DNA from: the human T2T-CHM13v2.0 reference genome, Homo sapiens
Assembly (NCBI RefSeq): GCF_009914755.1
Contig: NC_060937.1
Length of the DNA: 64,000 bases
Direction: 5' to 3' (one strand)
Shown here piece by piece: positions 29,165 to 40,615 of this stretch. Numbering within the stretch: position 1 is the stretch's first letter; each line of letters opens with the position of its first letter. The notes beneath the pieces are model-generated. The model ran no database searches, was not told the DNA's origin, and saw only the letters and a list, made by a program, of their open reading frames with translations. Made by a program: the position numbers and the translations under genes.

Positions 29165-29837
29165 CTCACCCTCCCATCCTCACCCCGCTAAACACAGGGG
29201 GATTGGCGGAGAAGCCAGGATCTGTCAGTGGACAGAGCCCAGGCTGAGCCCAGAAGCTGCAGCGCCTGGGCCGGGACCTCAAGCCCTGTCCTGCACTGCC
29301 TCTCTATGGCGGGTCCGGGAATAGCAGCCTCCTGCGTCCGGGAAGTTCAGGCTCAGCTGTGCACACCTGACAGGAGGCCGCAGGGTGGCCGAGAGCCCAT
29401 CCCAGACCCATGACCCCACAGCAAAGCCCTTCATGCTGCCTTGCCCCACACAGGCCCCCGTGACCTTTCCTCCCCGGCAGATGGGGCCACAGAGGAGACC
29501 CCGAAAAGATAGCCCCCCAACAGTCCCCCATTACCAAGGCCCTGTGGCTGCACCAGAGGCCATGAGAGTGGGGGCGGTGGGCAGAGCAGACTGTGAAAGG
29601 GCTTGGGAGACATGGGGCTTGGGGGTTTTGGGTTGGGGTAAAGACTAGGGTTTGGGGTCAAGCGGGGGTCTGGGACCGTGCCTCACCACGGGATCTGTGT
29701 ACACAGCGATGCACCCAGCGTACGCGGGCCCTTCCCTCTGAGCCCTCGGCCCCTCATCTGCAGGATGGGTGAGCCCTGGAGAAGCGGGCAGAAGCAGAGG
29801 AGGCAGCGAACGCAGAGCATGTGGCCTGTGACTGAGC

Positions 29838-30200
29838 CTAGAAAGTCCGCTCGGCAACAGAGGCTGCAATCCAGAAAGCCCCCTCGGTGACAGAGGCTAC
29901 AATCTAGAAAGCTCGCTCAGCGACAGAGGCTACCACCTAGAAAGCCTGCTCGGCGACAGACACTACAATCTAGACAGCCCATTTGGCGACAGTGGCTACA
30001 ACCCAGACAGCCCGCTCAGCAACAGTGTCTATGATCTAGAAAGCTCCCTCGGCAACAGCAGCTGTCATCTAGAAAGCCCGCTCAGCGACAGAGGCCACAA
30101 TCTAGAAAGCCTCCTCAGCGACAGTGTCTATGATCTAGAAAGCCCACTCAGCGACAGCGGCTGCGACCCAGAAAGCCCTCTCAGTGACAGTGGCTATGAT
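29838..30200. repeat. Minisatellite, 11 x 33 bp, consensus CTAGAAAGCCCGCTCAGCGACAGAGGCTACAAT
   Basis: Units start at 29838, 29871, 29904, 29937, 29970, 30003, 30036, 30069, 30102, 30135 and 30168; substitutions only, no indels. Confidence 0.96.
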
Positions 30201-30445
30201 CGCTCGCAACTCTGGCCCCTGGCTCTGTTGGTCAAGCCTGCCACAGCCCGGAAGCCTCTGCAGCCTCCCTGTTGCTGCTGAAAAGGACGCTGGTTGGAGA
30301 AGGACCCAAGGAAGCACCGACAGATTGGGACCGGCTCGGGGCTGACTAGCCGGGAGGCTGAGAGGCTGGTGCCCAGGCTGCCCCTTGACCCTGCTGCACC
30401 AGCGCCGCCTCTGCGTTTGGTCCTGTCTCAAAGACCGAGGGGAAC

Positions 30446-30539
30446 AACAGAGCAGGGTGGGGGTGAGGAGACTGAGGTGAACAGAGCAGGATGGGGGTGC
30501 GGAGACTGAGGTGAACGGGTGAGGAGGACTGAGGTGAAC
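30446..30539. repeat. 34-bp tandem repeat, ~2.7 copies
   Basis: aacagagcagg(g/a)tgggggtg(a/c)ggagactgaggtg at 30446 and 30480, plus a partial third copy. Confidence 0.85.
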
Positions 30540-32050
30540 CCACCCTTGCTGGCCATTTCCGTTTCCCCACGAGGCAACATTACTTTTCAATACTGGGTAA
30601 AGGCTGTGCGACCACAGAACCACAGATGTCAGACCCCTCCCACTCTGACCAGAAAGCCCCCTTCGAGGAGCCTGAGGCTGCCCTGCCTGCGTCCGCTTCA
30701 CTCGTGTCCACACTCACAGCTTCCACCCCTTGCACCCCCCATGGAGGGGGCGGCAGGCGGCCGCTCAAGGTCCGCTCCCCGTGCCCTGCCCGCCACGCCC
30801 GCCCTCCCTCCCCGGGCTCTCCCCGCCCTGGTCCCGCACAAGCTGAGCCCCTCTGCCTTCACCCTCAGGGAAGCGGGCTCCCTGTTAGGGACTTGGAGCA
30901 AGGTCGGCCCCTACTTTCCCGCTGCCCCTCAAGATTTCACAGTGAGAAGCTGGGCTGGGGACCCGCAGGTGTTCACAGAGGCTCACTGTCACTGTCTCAA
31001 CGCTGGGGTCTGTTCTGTTTAGACTCACCTCGATCCTGTACCTGGACACAGTAGGGTTCATGGTCTTTTGCTGAACTAAGCTGAGCTGGATTCCAGCCCT
31101 CCAAGGAGCCTGTGATGGGAGGGGCTGGTCTCTCCCTTGGCGAGGAGTAGGGAGGAGCCAATGGGCACAGAATGGAGACACACCCCACTCAGGTCCAGTG
31201 GTCAGAGGTGGGGCAGGGGGCCCAGTGGTCAGAGTGACGAAGGTGCTGTGTCCTGGGGAGGCTCAGCCCCTGCCAGCATCCCACCCCCTCCAGGCAGCAG
31301 CTTCCCGGCGTTCCTGGATCCCCTCTTGCCTTTAACTCCCACCTGCACGATCCAGTTCTCCCACACTCCATGCGTGTTCCTACTGAACGCCGACGGGGAC
31401 AATTGCAGAAAGCCCAGGAGCCTTTAGGTTGGGTTTGCCTGCTCTTTTCTGACACCCAAGGGCTACAATAACATTTGCTTTTGAGGGAAGCTGCCATTTT
31501 TAATCAGCTGAACAGTGACCCAGCACAACAGGCTGAGTACTGCAAAGAAAAGTTTAACAGAATAAATGTGGGGACAGGCACGGAGTCCGACAAGAGTGGC
31601 CACCATGCAGGAGGCAGGTGTGTCTGGGGCAGATGGGGGAGGCTCCGCAGCGAGCCCAGGAAGCCCAGTCCTCAGCGGTGGATGGGGCTTCCGTGGCCAA
31701 TACAACCCGTGTGGCTGGATTACAAAGAAGGGTGTCTAGAAGCCGCACTGCCTCTCCCAGGCACCTCTGAGCTGGTCCCAGGAGGGGCTGCTGTGAGTTA
31801 AGGAGAACAGCAGTCAGCTGGGACTGAGAGTTACGTCCAACGAGAAACGGGGGAGTCCAGGGTGTTTCTCATGTACTGAGACAGCAAAGGACCCACAGGG
31901 TGTGTGTGCACAAGCAACTGCAGCTGCCACGAGGGCCAGGCTTGTTCTGCTGGTCCAAGGAATCCAGTGGCCACAGGAAGACATTTCAGCCCCATGCAGT
32001 GCCCAGCACAGGGAGCACCGCCTCTGCAGGGGCCGGGCTCAAGGCCACAC

Positions 32051-32220
32051 CCAAGGCCCATGTCCAGCACTCCCCAATGACCAGCACTCCCCGGACACCC
32101 CCAAGGCCCATGGCCAGCACTCCCCAGCCACCCTGCCTCCCCTCCCCGCAGACACACAGCCCCTGGGACCCTACTCCAGCACTCCCCAGCCACCCTGCCT
32201 TCCCTCCCCGCAGACACACT
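32051..32220. repeat. Complex short tandem duplications
   Basis: ccaaggcccatg(t/g)ccagcactcccc twice (32051, 32101); ccagcactccccagccaccctgcct.ccctccccgcagacacac twice. Confidence 0.8.
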
Positions 32221-32372
32221 GGGCCCCCACTCCAGCCAGTAACTCCACCACAGCCTCCAGGGGCAGGTCAGTCCCGTCTGCCGCCTCCACCCATCCAAAC
32301 CGCCCTGGTGACCGCGCAGCAGTCTCCATGCCGCAAACCCAGACACGGGCTGCGTTGTTTCCCAAAGTCCAG

Positions 32373-32846
32373 GGTGGTCGGCAGCCGTAAATGAGCCCAG
32401 CCACCCCTTCCCCTGGGATCTACTTCCCCGGTAATCCTCTCCCCTTGAGCACGGACTGAACTCGTGGAATATGGAAACATGATGGAATATTGCTTCCAAC
32501 CTCAGGCCACAAAACAACTGTGGCTTCCATTTCAGGGCCTCTCATGCTTTCTCTCTCTCTTATGTACTCCAAGGCAGGCAGCTGTCAGGCCATGGCTTCC
32601 CTCTGGAAAGCCCAGGTGACAAGGAACCTGGCCACAGTCAGTGGGAGCCCACTGTGGAAGTGGATCCTTCTCCTGCTGAGCCTTCTGATGAGACCTGGGC
32701 CTGGCCACAGCTTGCTGTCCTCAGGAGAAGCCCTGGGCAGGAGGTGCCCAGCTACAGGCCCTGGATTCCCGACCCCATAAACTGTGCCATAATGTGTGCT
32801 TTAAGCCATTGCATTTGGGATAACTTGTTATTCAAAAGTAGACAAA
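32373..32846 (+). mobile_element. MLT1 (MaLR) solo LTR, MLT1F-like
   Basis: Starts gtggtcggcagcc...taatcctctccccttgag; ends ctttaagccattgcatttgggataacttgtta...gtagacaa. Confidence 0.75.
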
Positions 32847-33171
32847 GGGCCGTAGATCTTCCTGAGCCCATGAAGAAAGCTCACTAATGAGGGCTCACTG
32901 AGTCTGGAGCAGCTTGTGTCCTGCCATTCCAGCAGCAGCAACGTGCGCAGGAGGAGGGTGGGGCCCCCGAGGGGCTCTCCTGCTCCCACACCCCTCCCCA
33001 CTGGACGTGGCTATCCATGGACGCCAGGTGAAAATCCACATCACAGCAGCCTTGAAGGAGACATGTGGCTCCAGGGGGCTGAGGAGCAGGAGTGGGGATG
33101 ATCAAATCAGATTCGAGAGCATCTCATCGCCCCTAATGGGGCCGCCCTCTCTCCATCCCGGACCCCTGCCT

Positions 33172-33272
33172 GACCGCCCCCTGGGAGCCGAGTGCTCAGC
33201 CCGGCCCGACCGCCCCCTGGGAGCAGAGTGCTCAGCCACGATGGCCACACCCTAGGAGCAGAGTGCTCAGCC
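33172..33272. repeat. 36-bp tandem repeat, ~3 copies
   Basis: gaccgccccctgggagc(c/a)gagtgctcagcc at 33172 and 33208, plus a degenerate third copy. Confidence 0.85.
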
Positions 33273-35017
33273 CCGCCCCCGCTGCACTGTGGCCAAGAGT
33301 TTGCAGGTGATTTGTAAACAACAGTAAGGTATGAACTAAGAATGTGAACCAGTCAGGGTTTGAGGCAGAGAAGGGAAGCCACTCCAGGTGTCTTCAGCAG
33401 GAAAGGAGGTAATGCTGGTGTCTCTGAAAGTGACTGGAAAGTTGAAGCAAGTTCTCACTTGGCTGTGGCTCCCAGAAACTACTTGCAGGACAATGTAAAG
33501 CCCACCCATCATGGGGGCCGCCATTCCTGGGGCTGCCATTGACCATGGATTCACCTGAGCCAGCTGGGGACCAGGAGCAGAAGCCGGGAGCCCGCGGGGT
33601 CACGGCTGCCATCCGCTGCCATCCAACTGCGTCTGGGGTTTGAAGAACGGACATCACGCAGAAATACTCACATCTCAACAACGGTGCTTTCCAGCAAACA
33701 TGGCACAATGGCAACAAGATGCGCTCCTCTTCCGCCTGTCTTTTGGATTGCCTTTGGGTGCCTCTCGTTGGTGGACTCTGCCCAGCTGCCAAGCATCTTG
33801 GAAATGAGTTGTTTTGTTCTCTGTCTTCTCCAACCACAGGGAGAATGGAAGGAAGGTTGAATAAGCCAACCCCGTGCATGCCCCACAGAATGTAGAATTT
33901 AAACAGCTGGACGGCTTCAAGACAGTTCTGCCCATAGCCTGGATGTGCTTCTTCATGATGAAGATGACTTTGGAACTCCAGCCCAGAGACCCCAGGGACG
34001 TGGCGGCAACACATGGGCACCATGCTTCCAGGGGCGAGGCCTCTCCCACCACTGGCTTACCCACAGCACAGCTCAGCTGGGTCTGCCAGCTGCCACCGAT
34101 TCACCACTGGAAGGCAATTCTCTGCGGGTGGCACATTTTCCATACACCCCATGTAGCGAGACACTGGCCTCCCCTTTGTTCAGGCCTACCTGTTCAAGGA
34201 CGCCTGAAAGCAAATACAGCCCTGGAAGGCAAAGGCAGTGCCTTCCTCTGTGGCAGAAGACTCAGGGGTGCTCTCCTATGACCCTGACTCATGGTGTGTG
34301 CGGCAGCACTGGTCCCTTCACGGGGCTGAGTAGACATGGGGTCCTGCGGGTTCACAGCCACTGTCACTGCTGTAACAAGCTGTCCTCCCTCCCTGACCTC
34401 AGAGCCCCATATCTCCTCCCAGCACCCATGAAGCTGGGCAGGTTAGGTTACAGGTAGGGTGACATTCCAGAGCTGCCTCAGTCCTCAACACCCCGAAAGG
34501 GTCATCTTGAATGACAGGCAGTGGTCACAGCCCGGCATAGAGACCAGGAGAACGACTCTCCCTCTTGACCCAAGTCAGGAGCATCCGGCCGCCCACAGAG
34601 AGGGAGACTGGGCTCCTTTCAGGCTCCAGGAGCCCATCCTGCTCCTGAAGCTCATGGTTCAAACCTTGTTTCCTGCTTTGTAAACACTTAGGAGTCATTG
34701 ATTTAAAAGTGTCCAGACCCCAAAATGCCACACGTCTTTTTGTTTAACTCATAAAAAAATACTGACTATAAATGAGTCCAGACTCGTGTCTTGATGTTCA
34801 AAGCCTCCCACATTCTGTCCCAACCCGCCTTTGCCACCACCAGGGTCTCCTTCAGTACTGGGGGCGTGTCTCATCCTCCCATCTCCACACGTCACTGTTC
34901 CTGAGACTGTCTTTCTCGTTCCTTCCACCGGGCCAGCCCCAACCAGGGTAGACCCAGCCTCCGGCCCCTAGGAACCCCTGCTCGGAGCCTCCGTCACATT
35001 TTGCAGTGCCGTCACTG

Positions 35018-35378
35018 TGCACACATCGTCATCGCAACTGCACACACCTCCCAGCTCTCCCAGCGACCGTGCACACTTCATCATCACAACCGCACACACC
35101 TCCCAGCTCTCCCAGCCACCGTGCACACTTCATCATCACAACCGCACACACCTCCCAGCTCTCCCAGCCACCGTGCACACTTCATCATCACAACCGCACA
35201 CACCTCCCAGCTCTCCCAGCCACCGTGCACACTTCATCATCACAACCGCACACACCTCCCAGCTCTCCCAGCCACCGTGCACACTTCATCATCACAACCG
35301 CACACACCTCCCAGCTCTCCCAGCCACCGTGCACGCTTCGTCATTGCAACCGCACACACTTCTCAGCTCTCCCAGCAG
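35018..35378. repeat. Minisatellite, 7 x 52 bp
   Basis: Unit tgcacacttcatcatcacaaccgcacacacctcccagctctcccagccaccg at 35018, 35070, 35122, 35174, 35226, 35278 and 35330; the five inner copies are identical. Confidence 0.97.
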
Positions 35379-36289
35379 CCTCAGGTCCCTCACAGCAGGC
35401 TGGGGTTTCTTCATCCTGCACCCCTGCAAGTCCAGGACAGGGGCCCGGATTTGAAGCGTGGATAGTCCTGTGACCTTTGGATAAGTTACTAAATGTTTAC
35501 AAACCTCAGGGTGTTCAAATGTGTACAAATAAAATTATGAAAATGAAAATGTGTAAATTGAACAATCGATATTTGTTGCTTTGTTGATGAAGGATGGCTG
35601 GCTTCCACAAATGCAACCCCAGGCAGTTCTTCAGGAAAGGCGGCCATCTGGAAGGTGCATTCGCCTTTCTGCCGTCTGCAGGCTTGGCCTCTAGCCGGGC
35701 GTCCAGCCTGCCTAGCCTTCCACAGCCCTCACTGAACACATCTTCTCCAAAAGTGCAAATCCAGCGAGCTTGAGCTAATCACAGTGCTTTAGAGAAGGGA
35801 CCTGTCTTCTTCCAGCTCCTCAATGGACTTCGATTCTGCTAACAGGAGCCTTGTTTTTGCAAGATAGGTCCAGTCTCGAGCCTTTCCGCTCCACAGGGCT
35901 CGGTCCCTGAACGCTGCCCAGGGCCTCCCCACACGGAGATTTCTCTTTCCTTTCACCAACACCAGAAAGATCAACCATAGCAGATTTTTTCATCTGAAAG
36001 GATTTTTTTAAAGTAACTATTTAAAAATGGTGTTTCCTTTGGCCATCTGTATTCTAAATGGTGGCTCCTCCCGCCAGAGGCCTCTGTGAGAACTGAACTG
36101 TAGACGCAGAGGGGCAGGGAGGAGGTCAAACGCAGTTTCCAGCGCCCGGGGCCGCCTAACTCTGCCTCGCTGCATTAACACTTGACGAGCATATTGACAT
36201 ACTAGGCTTTGCGATCCTCTTTCTATTTTTAAACGCTTGATTTATGCCTTTCAGTTGGATCTTATTCAACTAAAAATGTACTGTGTGTT

Positions 36290-36730
36290 CAGCTGAAAAA
36301 GAGTAAACATTTTCCATGGCTATGGCAATATGTTTGCATAGACCTCAATTACAAAATTAACAGGGCAGATTTGGTTGTCTTTGTTGAGCCGAAGAGATTA
36401 CAATGAAAACCTCTAATGAAAGGAGACATGAGAAATAAGACCTAAAGACAATACTAAACAAGAAAGGCTCGTTTATTCACTAAATTTGATTTACTAGACA
36501 GCTGTGTTGCTTCCATTTTAGAATTCAACAAGTAAGAATGTCATTTCTAAATGGCAGCAAAACCCGAAATCCCGGGTTAGAGCCGAGGGTGTGTGGGTCA
36601 GGGGGCGGACAGGGATGGGCGGAGGGCGTGGGGAGAGATGGTGACGGCGCGGAGCCTCCCTGGGCCGATTGGCACGATCCGCGCTCCGGAGTCACCTGCG
36701 CGCCAGCTGATGACACAGTGTGAATCTCCT
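36290..36730. promoter_or_regulatory. Candidate enhancer/promoter-like element
   Basis: Non-repetitive motif-dense AT-rich block (FOX, POU and SOX-like sites) next to a CpG cluster with GC boxes and an inverted CCAAT. Motif inspection only. Confidence 0.35.
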
Positions 36731-37677
36731 CCAAGGTGTGACTCCATGTCCCGGGACTGGCGGAGGCAGAAGGTGGGAGGTGGGGACTGGCTGTGCCCAG
36801 CCTGGAGGGAAGAGGTGCTCGGGCCTGGGCTGGCGGGGCTGCCTCAGGGGCTGAGTGACCAGCAGAGCCCTCAGACCTGTGCCACGCTGCCCTGGAACGG
36901 GGACAGGTGACCCAAAGCCAGGCACAGAAGGGCAGGTGTCACTTTCTTCCCCTGACCCGAAAGGCCCCTGCCCGCCTGGAGAGCATCAGGAGGCTGGCAG
37001 GGGACTGGTGCCATGGACAGGCCCTGGCTGACGATGGAGGTGGGCACGTCGGCCCACAGAGGCTCTCCTTGGCCTACACTCAGTTGGCTCCTGAGCCCTT
37101 TCTAATGAGGCCTGACCTGGGGCTTCCCGCTCTGTCCTCGTGAGGGGGAGCCGCTCCACTGGGTGAAAATACCGGCACATCAGCGTCATGGGAGCCCTGC
37201 CGGCCATCAGCCGTGGTCCTATCAAATCTGTCGGAGCCCCTCACCCTGATGCTTCCTGTTCACGGTGTTCCATCCCTGTCCCTTCCTCGTCCACGGTTAC
37301 ACGTCCTGTCCCCTCCCTCCCCATCCTCACGGCGGTAGGAGCTGAGTCCACTCTCCCCATCCCACGGCCCTGCTGCTGCCATCCTGAAACCTATCACCAG
37401 GGCCCCCGGAATGGAGCCAGCCTGGCCACCTCCAACACACGTTTGGTGAGATTTTTTGTTTGTTCTTCAGCGTGATGTACAGAGAAGAGGGTGGGAGGAT
37501 GTGGCCACAGGGCAGGAAGTGCAGGGTGACACCCGAGGGCTGACAGCTGCCCCCGAGCCCCTAGCCCCTCGCCTGGCCATCCCAGACCACCCCCAGACCC
37601 CATGCTGGCCACTGAGAGGCCATGCCTGGCAGGCCAGCAGCCCCCCAGAAACACCATGCAGCTACACACTGGCCGGT

Positions 37678-37756
37678 GAGGGCCCCACACACAGAGCCGG
37701 GAAAGCGAGCACCTGGCTGATGAGGGGCCCACACACGGAGCCGGGAGAGTGAGCGG
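37678..37756. repeat. ~44-bp duplication, 2 copies
   Basis: gaggg(g)cccacacac(a/g)gagccggga(a/g)ag(c/t)gagc repeated. Confidence 0.75.
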
Positions 37757-40558
37757 GCAGGTGCACACTGTGTGCTGGGAAACCAGTGCCTCTCACTGCT
37801 CTCCAGTGCTGGGCACACACACTCCTGGCAGCAGACGGAAGGGCGGCTGCCGGGCCCTCAGACCCAGGACGGGCACCACGCTGGAGCTCAGCCATCCCGG
37901 CGGTGGCATCACAGAGAGTGGCCCTGCTCTCCCACAGAGTCCTTGCCCGGATGAGGGCTGCCAAGACAGGGCCATCGGGGAAGCTGCTGCCGGTTCATTT
38001 GCAGCTTCCTTCCGGAGGCCCAGATGCGGTTCTGCAGAAAGAGAGTGCTTCGGGGGCTCCGGAGCCCACCGCACAGCCCCGGCCACCTTGGAGCCACACT
38101 GGCCCCTCCGCTTCAGGTCTCTGGAACACCAAAGGAAGGTGGAGACCGGCCCCCGTCAGGACTAGGAAGCAGGGGGCTTCCCAGAGCCTCCACCGGGCTC
38201 GAGGCCAGGCAGGCTTCACCACACCCCGCCACAGCCCACCACACACCCCTGACCCCCAGCAGTGTCCTGACCCCAGGCCGTCAGTCCACATGCAGGCGTC
38301 GGGTGCACATCAGTGAGGGAAGGAAGGAACACAAGGCCAATGCCGATCACAAAACTGCCCCGAGAAAACGGAGAGAAGCCCCTCCATTCAGGGAGTTCCA
38401 TTCCCAGGATGTGGCATCAGAGAAGGACCGCCCAGATGCCCGGACCCCTGAACTTCTCCCCAGCACTGACAGCCGCAAGCCTGGCCACACTCACAGCACG
38501 GAGCCCCGCCTGACGCCGCGGTCGCTTGACTTCACAATCACAGGAGCGTGACGCCTACAGCCTAATGTTGCCGTGTAGGGCACAGACTTCTTAAAAAGAA
38601 TCTTCAGGGGATGTCGCCAGGTGATGGTGGGAATCCTCAGTGAGAGGGTGAGGCCACCGGGGCTGCTGTGTCCGCAGATGTGGTGCCACCTCCGAGGGCC
38701 TCCAAGGGTGCATGTGAGCCACAGTCACCACCACAGTGCGCCGACGACCGCCACAGAAACAGCCACGGCACCCCGAGGACCATCCTGCACCACAATCAGG
38801 ACACAGCGATAAAGATGTCGCATCCATCCACCGCTTAATTCCGTGCCAGCTTTTATTCACCACCTGAATCATGGTTCACATTTTTAAAGGTTGGGGGAGA
38901 AGACACAGCTTGTCCCAGAAGTCATGCTCGGGTGTCCAGAGGCCTGAGTGCCGATCTAATCGCAAGTGATTAGAATGTGGTACCGGGAGGGATAACAGCA
39001 GGAAGCAGCAGGCACAAGCGGGGTCGCCAGAGGGACAGGGATAGTCTGTAAAGGTGGGGACAAAGGAGTCAGTGGGGACAAAGGAGTTGGGTCGCGAGTG
39101 CAGGAACTGGGGGCTCTGGGCAGGGCAGGGAGGGGACTAGGCCTTGTGCTGTGGGAGGGAGGGACAGTATAGAGCCAGACATCCCTGGGGCGCCTGATTC
39201 CCGACCCACTGTGGTTCCCAAGGGCAACCACACAGCTAAGCTGGGCACGTCTACCTGGAGCTTGGGCCCCTGGAGTGAGGGTTCAGGCCACCACCCCCAG
39301 CAGAGGCCGTGCTGAGGGACAACGGGAGCCCCATTAGGGCCGGACCCCCTTCCACCACCCACCCCCACGAACTTCCTTCAGGAAGACAGTCCTGGAGCCA
39401 TGGAAGCTTCCTCCTCTCCCACAGCATGAGCTGGGTCCTCAGCCAATGTGGAGGGTGCGACTCAGACCCTCCCTGAAGGACACCTGTCACTGCCAGAAAC
39501 CTGAGGGCTGCAGCCTCCAGCGGCCGAGGGGAGGGCCCGGCCGCACTGTCCCTGCTGGACGTGCCTGGAGAGCAGTCCTTGCCGTCCGACCACCTCTGGT
39601 CATGACCTGCTGAGGAAGGGCTTACCCTCCACCCACAATGAACCCGCATTTCTGAGTCCCCGAGATCCTGACACCAAAGTGAAGCCTTGCGTGAGGACAC
39701 GGGCGATAAGGCATCAGTGCAGCCAGGCGCGGCCCCAGCCTCTCGGAAGCGAGGCGAGCCTCCATCCCCCCTCCAGAGGAAATTAGTAAAGCTACCTGCA
39801 GATTATTATGGAAAATAGATTATCTCCTGCAGTGATGATTTAAAATAAATCCTGTTTGAGGACCCCACTGACACAGGACAGATGGAGCTGGCCCTGACAC
39901 GGTGGATCGGGGGGGCCTGGCATCCGCAAGCCCAGCCCAGACCGGATCCTAGGGGGACTAAAGGAGACGCGTCCGGAATGGCACAGCTCAAAGGCAAGGA
40001 AGAGGAATTTAACTTTGGGGACTAACCTCATCTCATCTTGATTCCTAATATATCTATTTTTAAACTAAACAAAAGCAAACAAAAGATGCTCTCCCAGGGA
40101 TCCAGTGTTGGAACTCGCCGTTGTGCTAAGGGGACAGCCAGGCCCACTGAGGCAGGGGGAGCAGGGGCCGCCTGACAGCCCCAGGAAGCCTCCTCGCCAG
40201 GCCCACTGAGCTGGGGGTGCAGGGGCCGCCTGAGGACCCCAGGAAGCCTCCTCGCCTGCAGCCCAGACACCCCTCTGGAGCTTAGCTGCTTGACCCCCAC
40301 TGGCTCAACCCACTTCAGCACCACTCCCCTCCATCCAGCTTCTCTCCCTGTCTAAACCACACACAGATGCTTCCCAGAGGTCAGCCTGATCTGTCCAGAT
40401 GGGTTTCATGGCCCAAAGCTGAGGCCACACCCAGACCTTCCTCAGGTCCTGAATCCCAGGAAGAAAATTTCCAGGAAGAAAAAGCAGACAGAGGCACAAA
40501 CAGGACCTCTGAATCTCCTTGTGTCTGCGAGGAGAAGAAATCAACACCATGAGCAGCT

Positions 40559-40615
40559 CACCTCCTGTCCCCATCCCAACCCCACCACCTCCTGTCCCCA
40601 TCCCAACCCCACCAC
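40559..40615. repeat. 27-bp tandem duplication
   Basis: cacctcctgtccccatcccaaccccac twice. Confidence 0.85.

Noticed and set aside
29838-30200. CRISPR-like appearance of the regularly spaced repeats
   Set aside because: Head-to-tail units without unique spacers, no cas genes, and a primate genomic context.
35001-35473. Three overlapping ~150-aa repetitive ORFs
   Set aside because: Produced by a stop-free 52-bp unit that is not a multiple of 3; no coding signature.
37394-38551. Dense overlapping 100-176 aa ORFs in GC-rich DNA (also 30-34 kb and 51-55 kb)
   Set aside because: Pro/Gly/Ala/Arg-rich in all frames on both strands, with no recognisable domain or exon chain; expected at this GC content.
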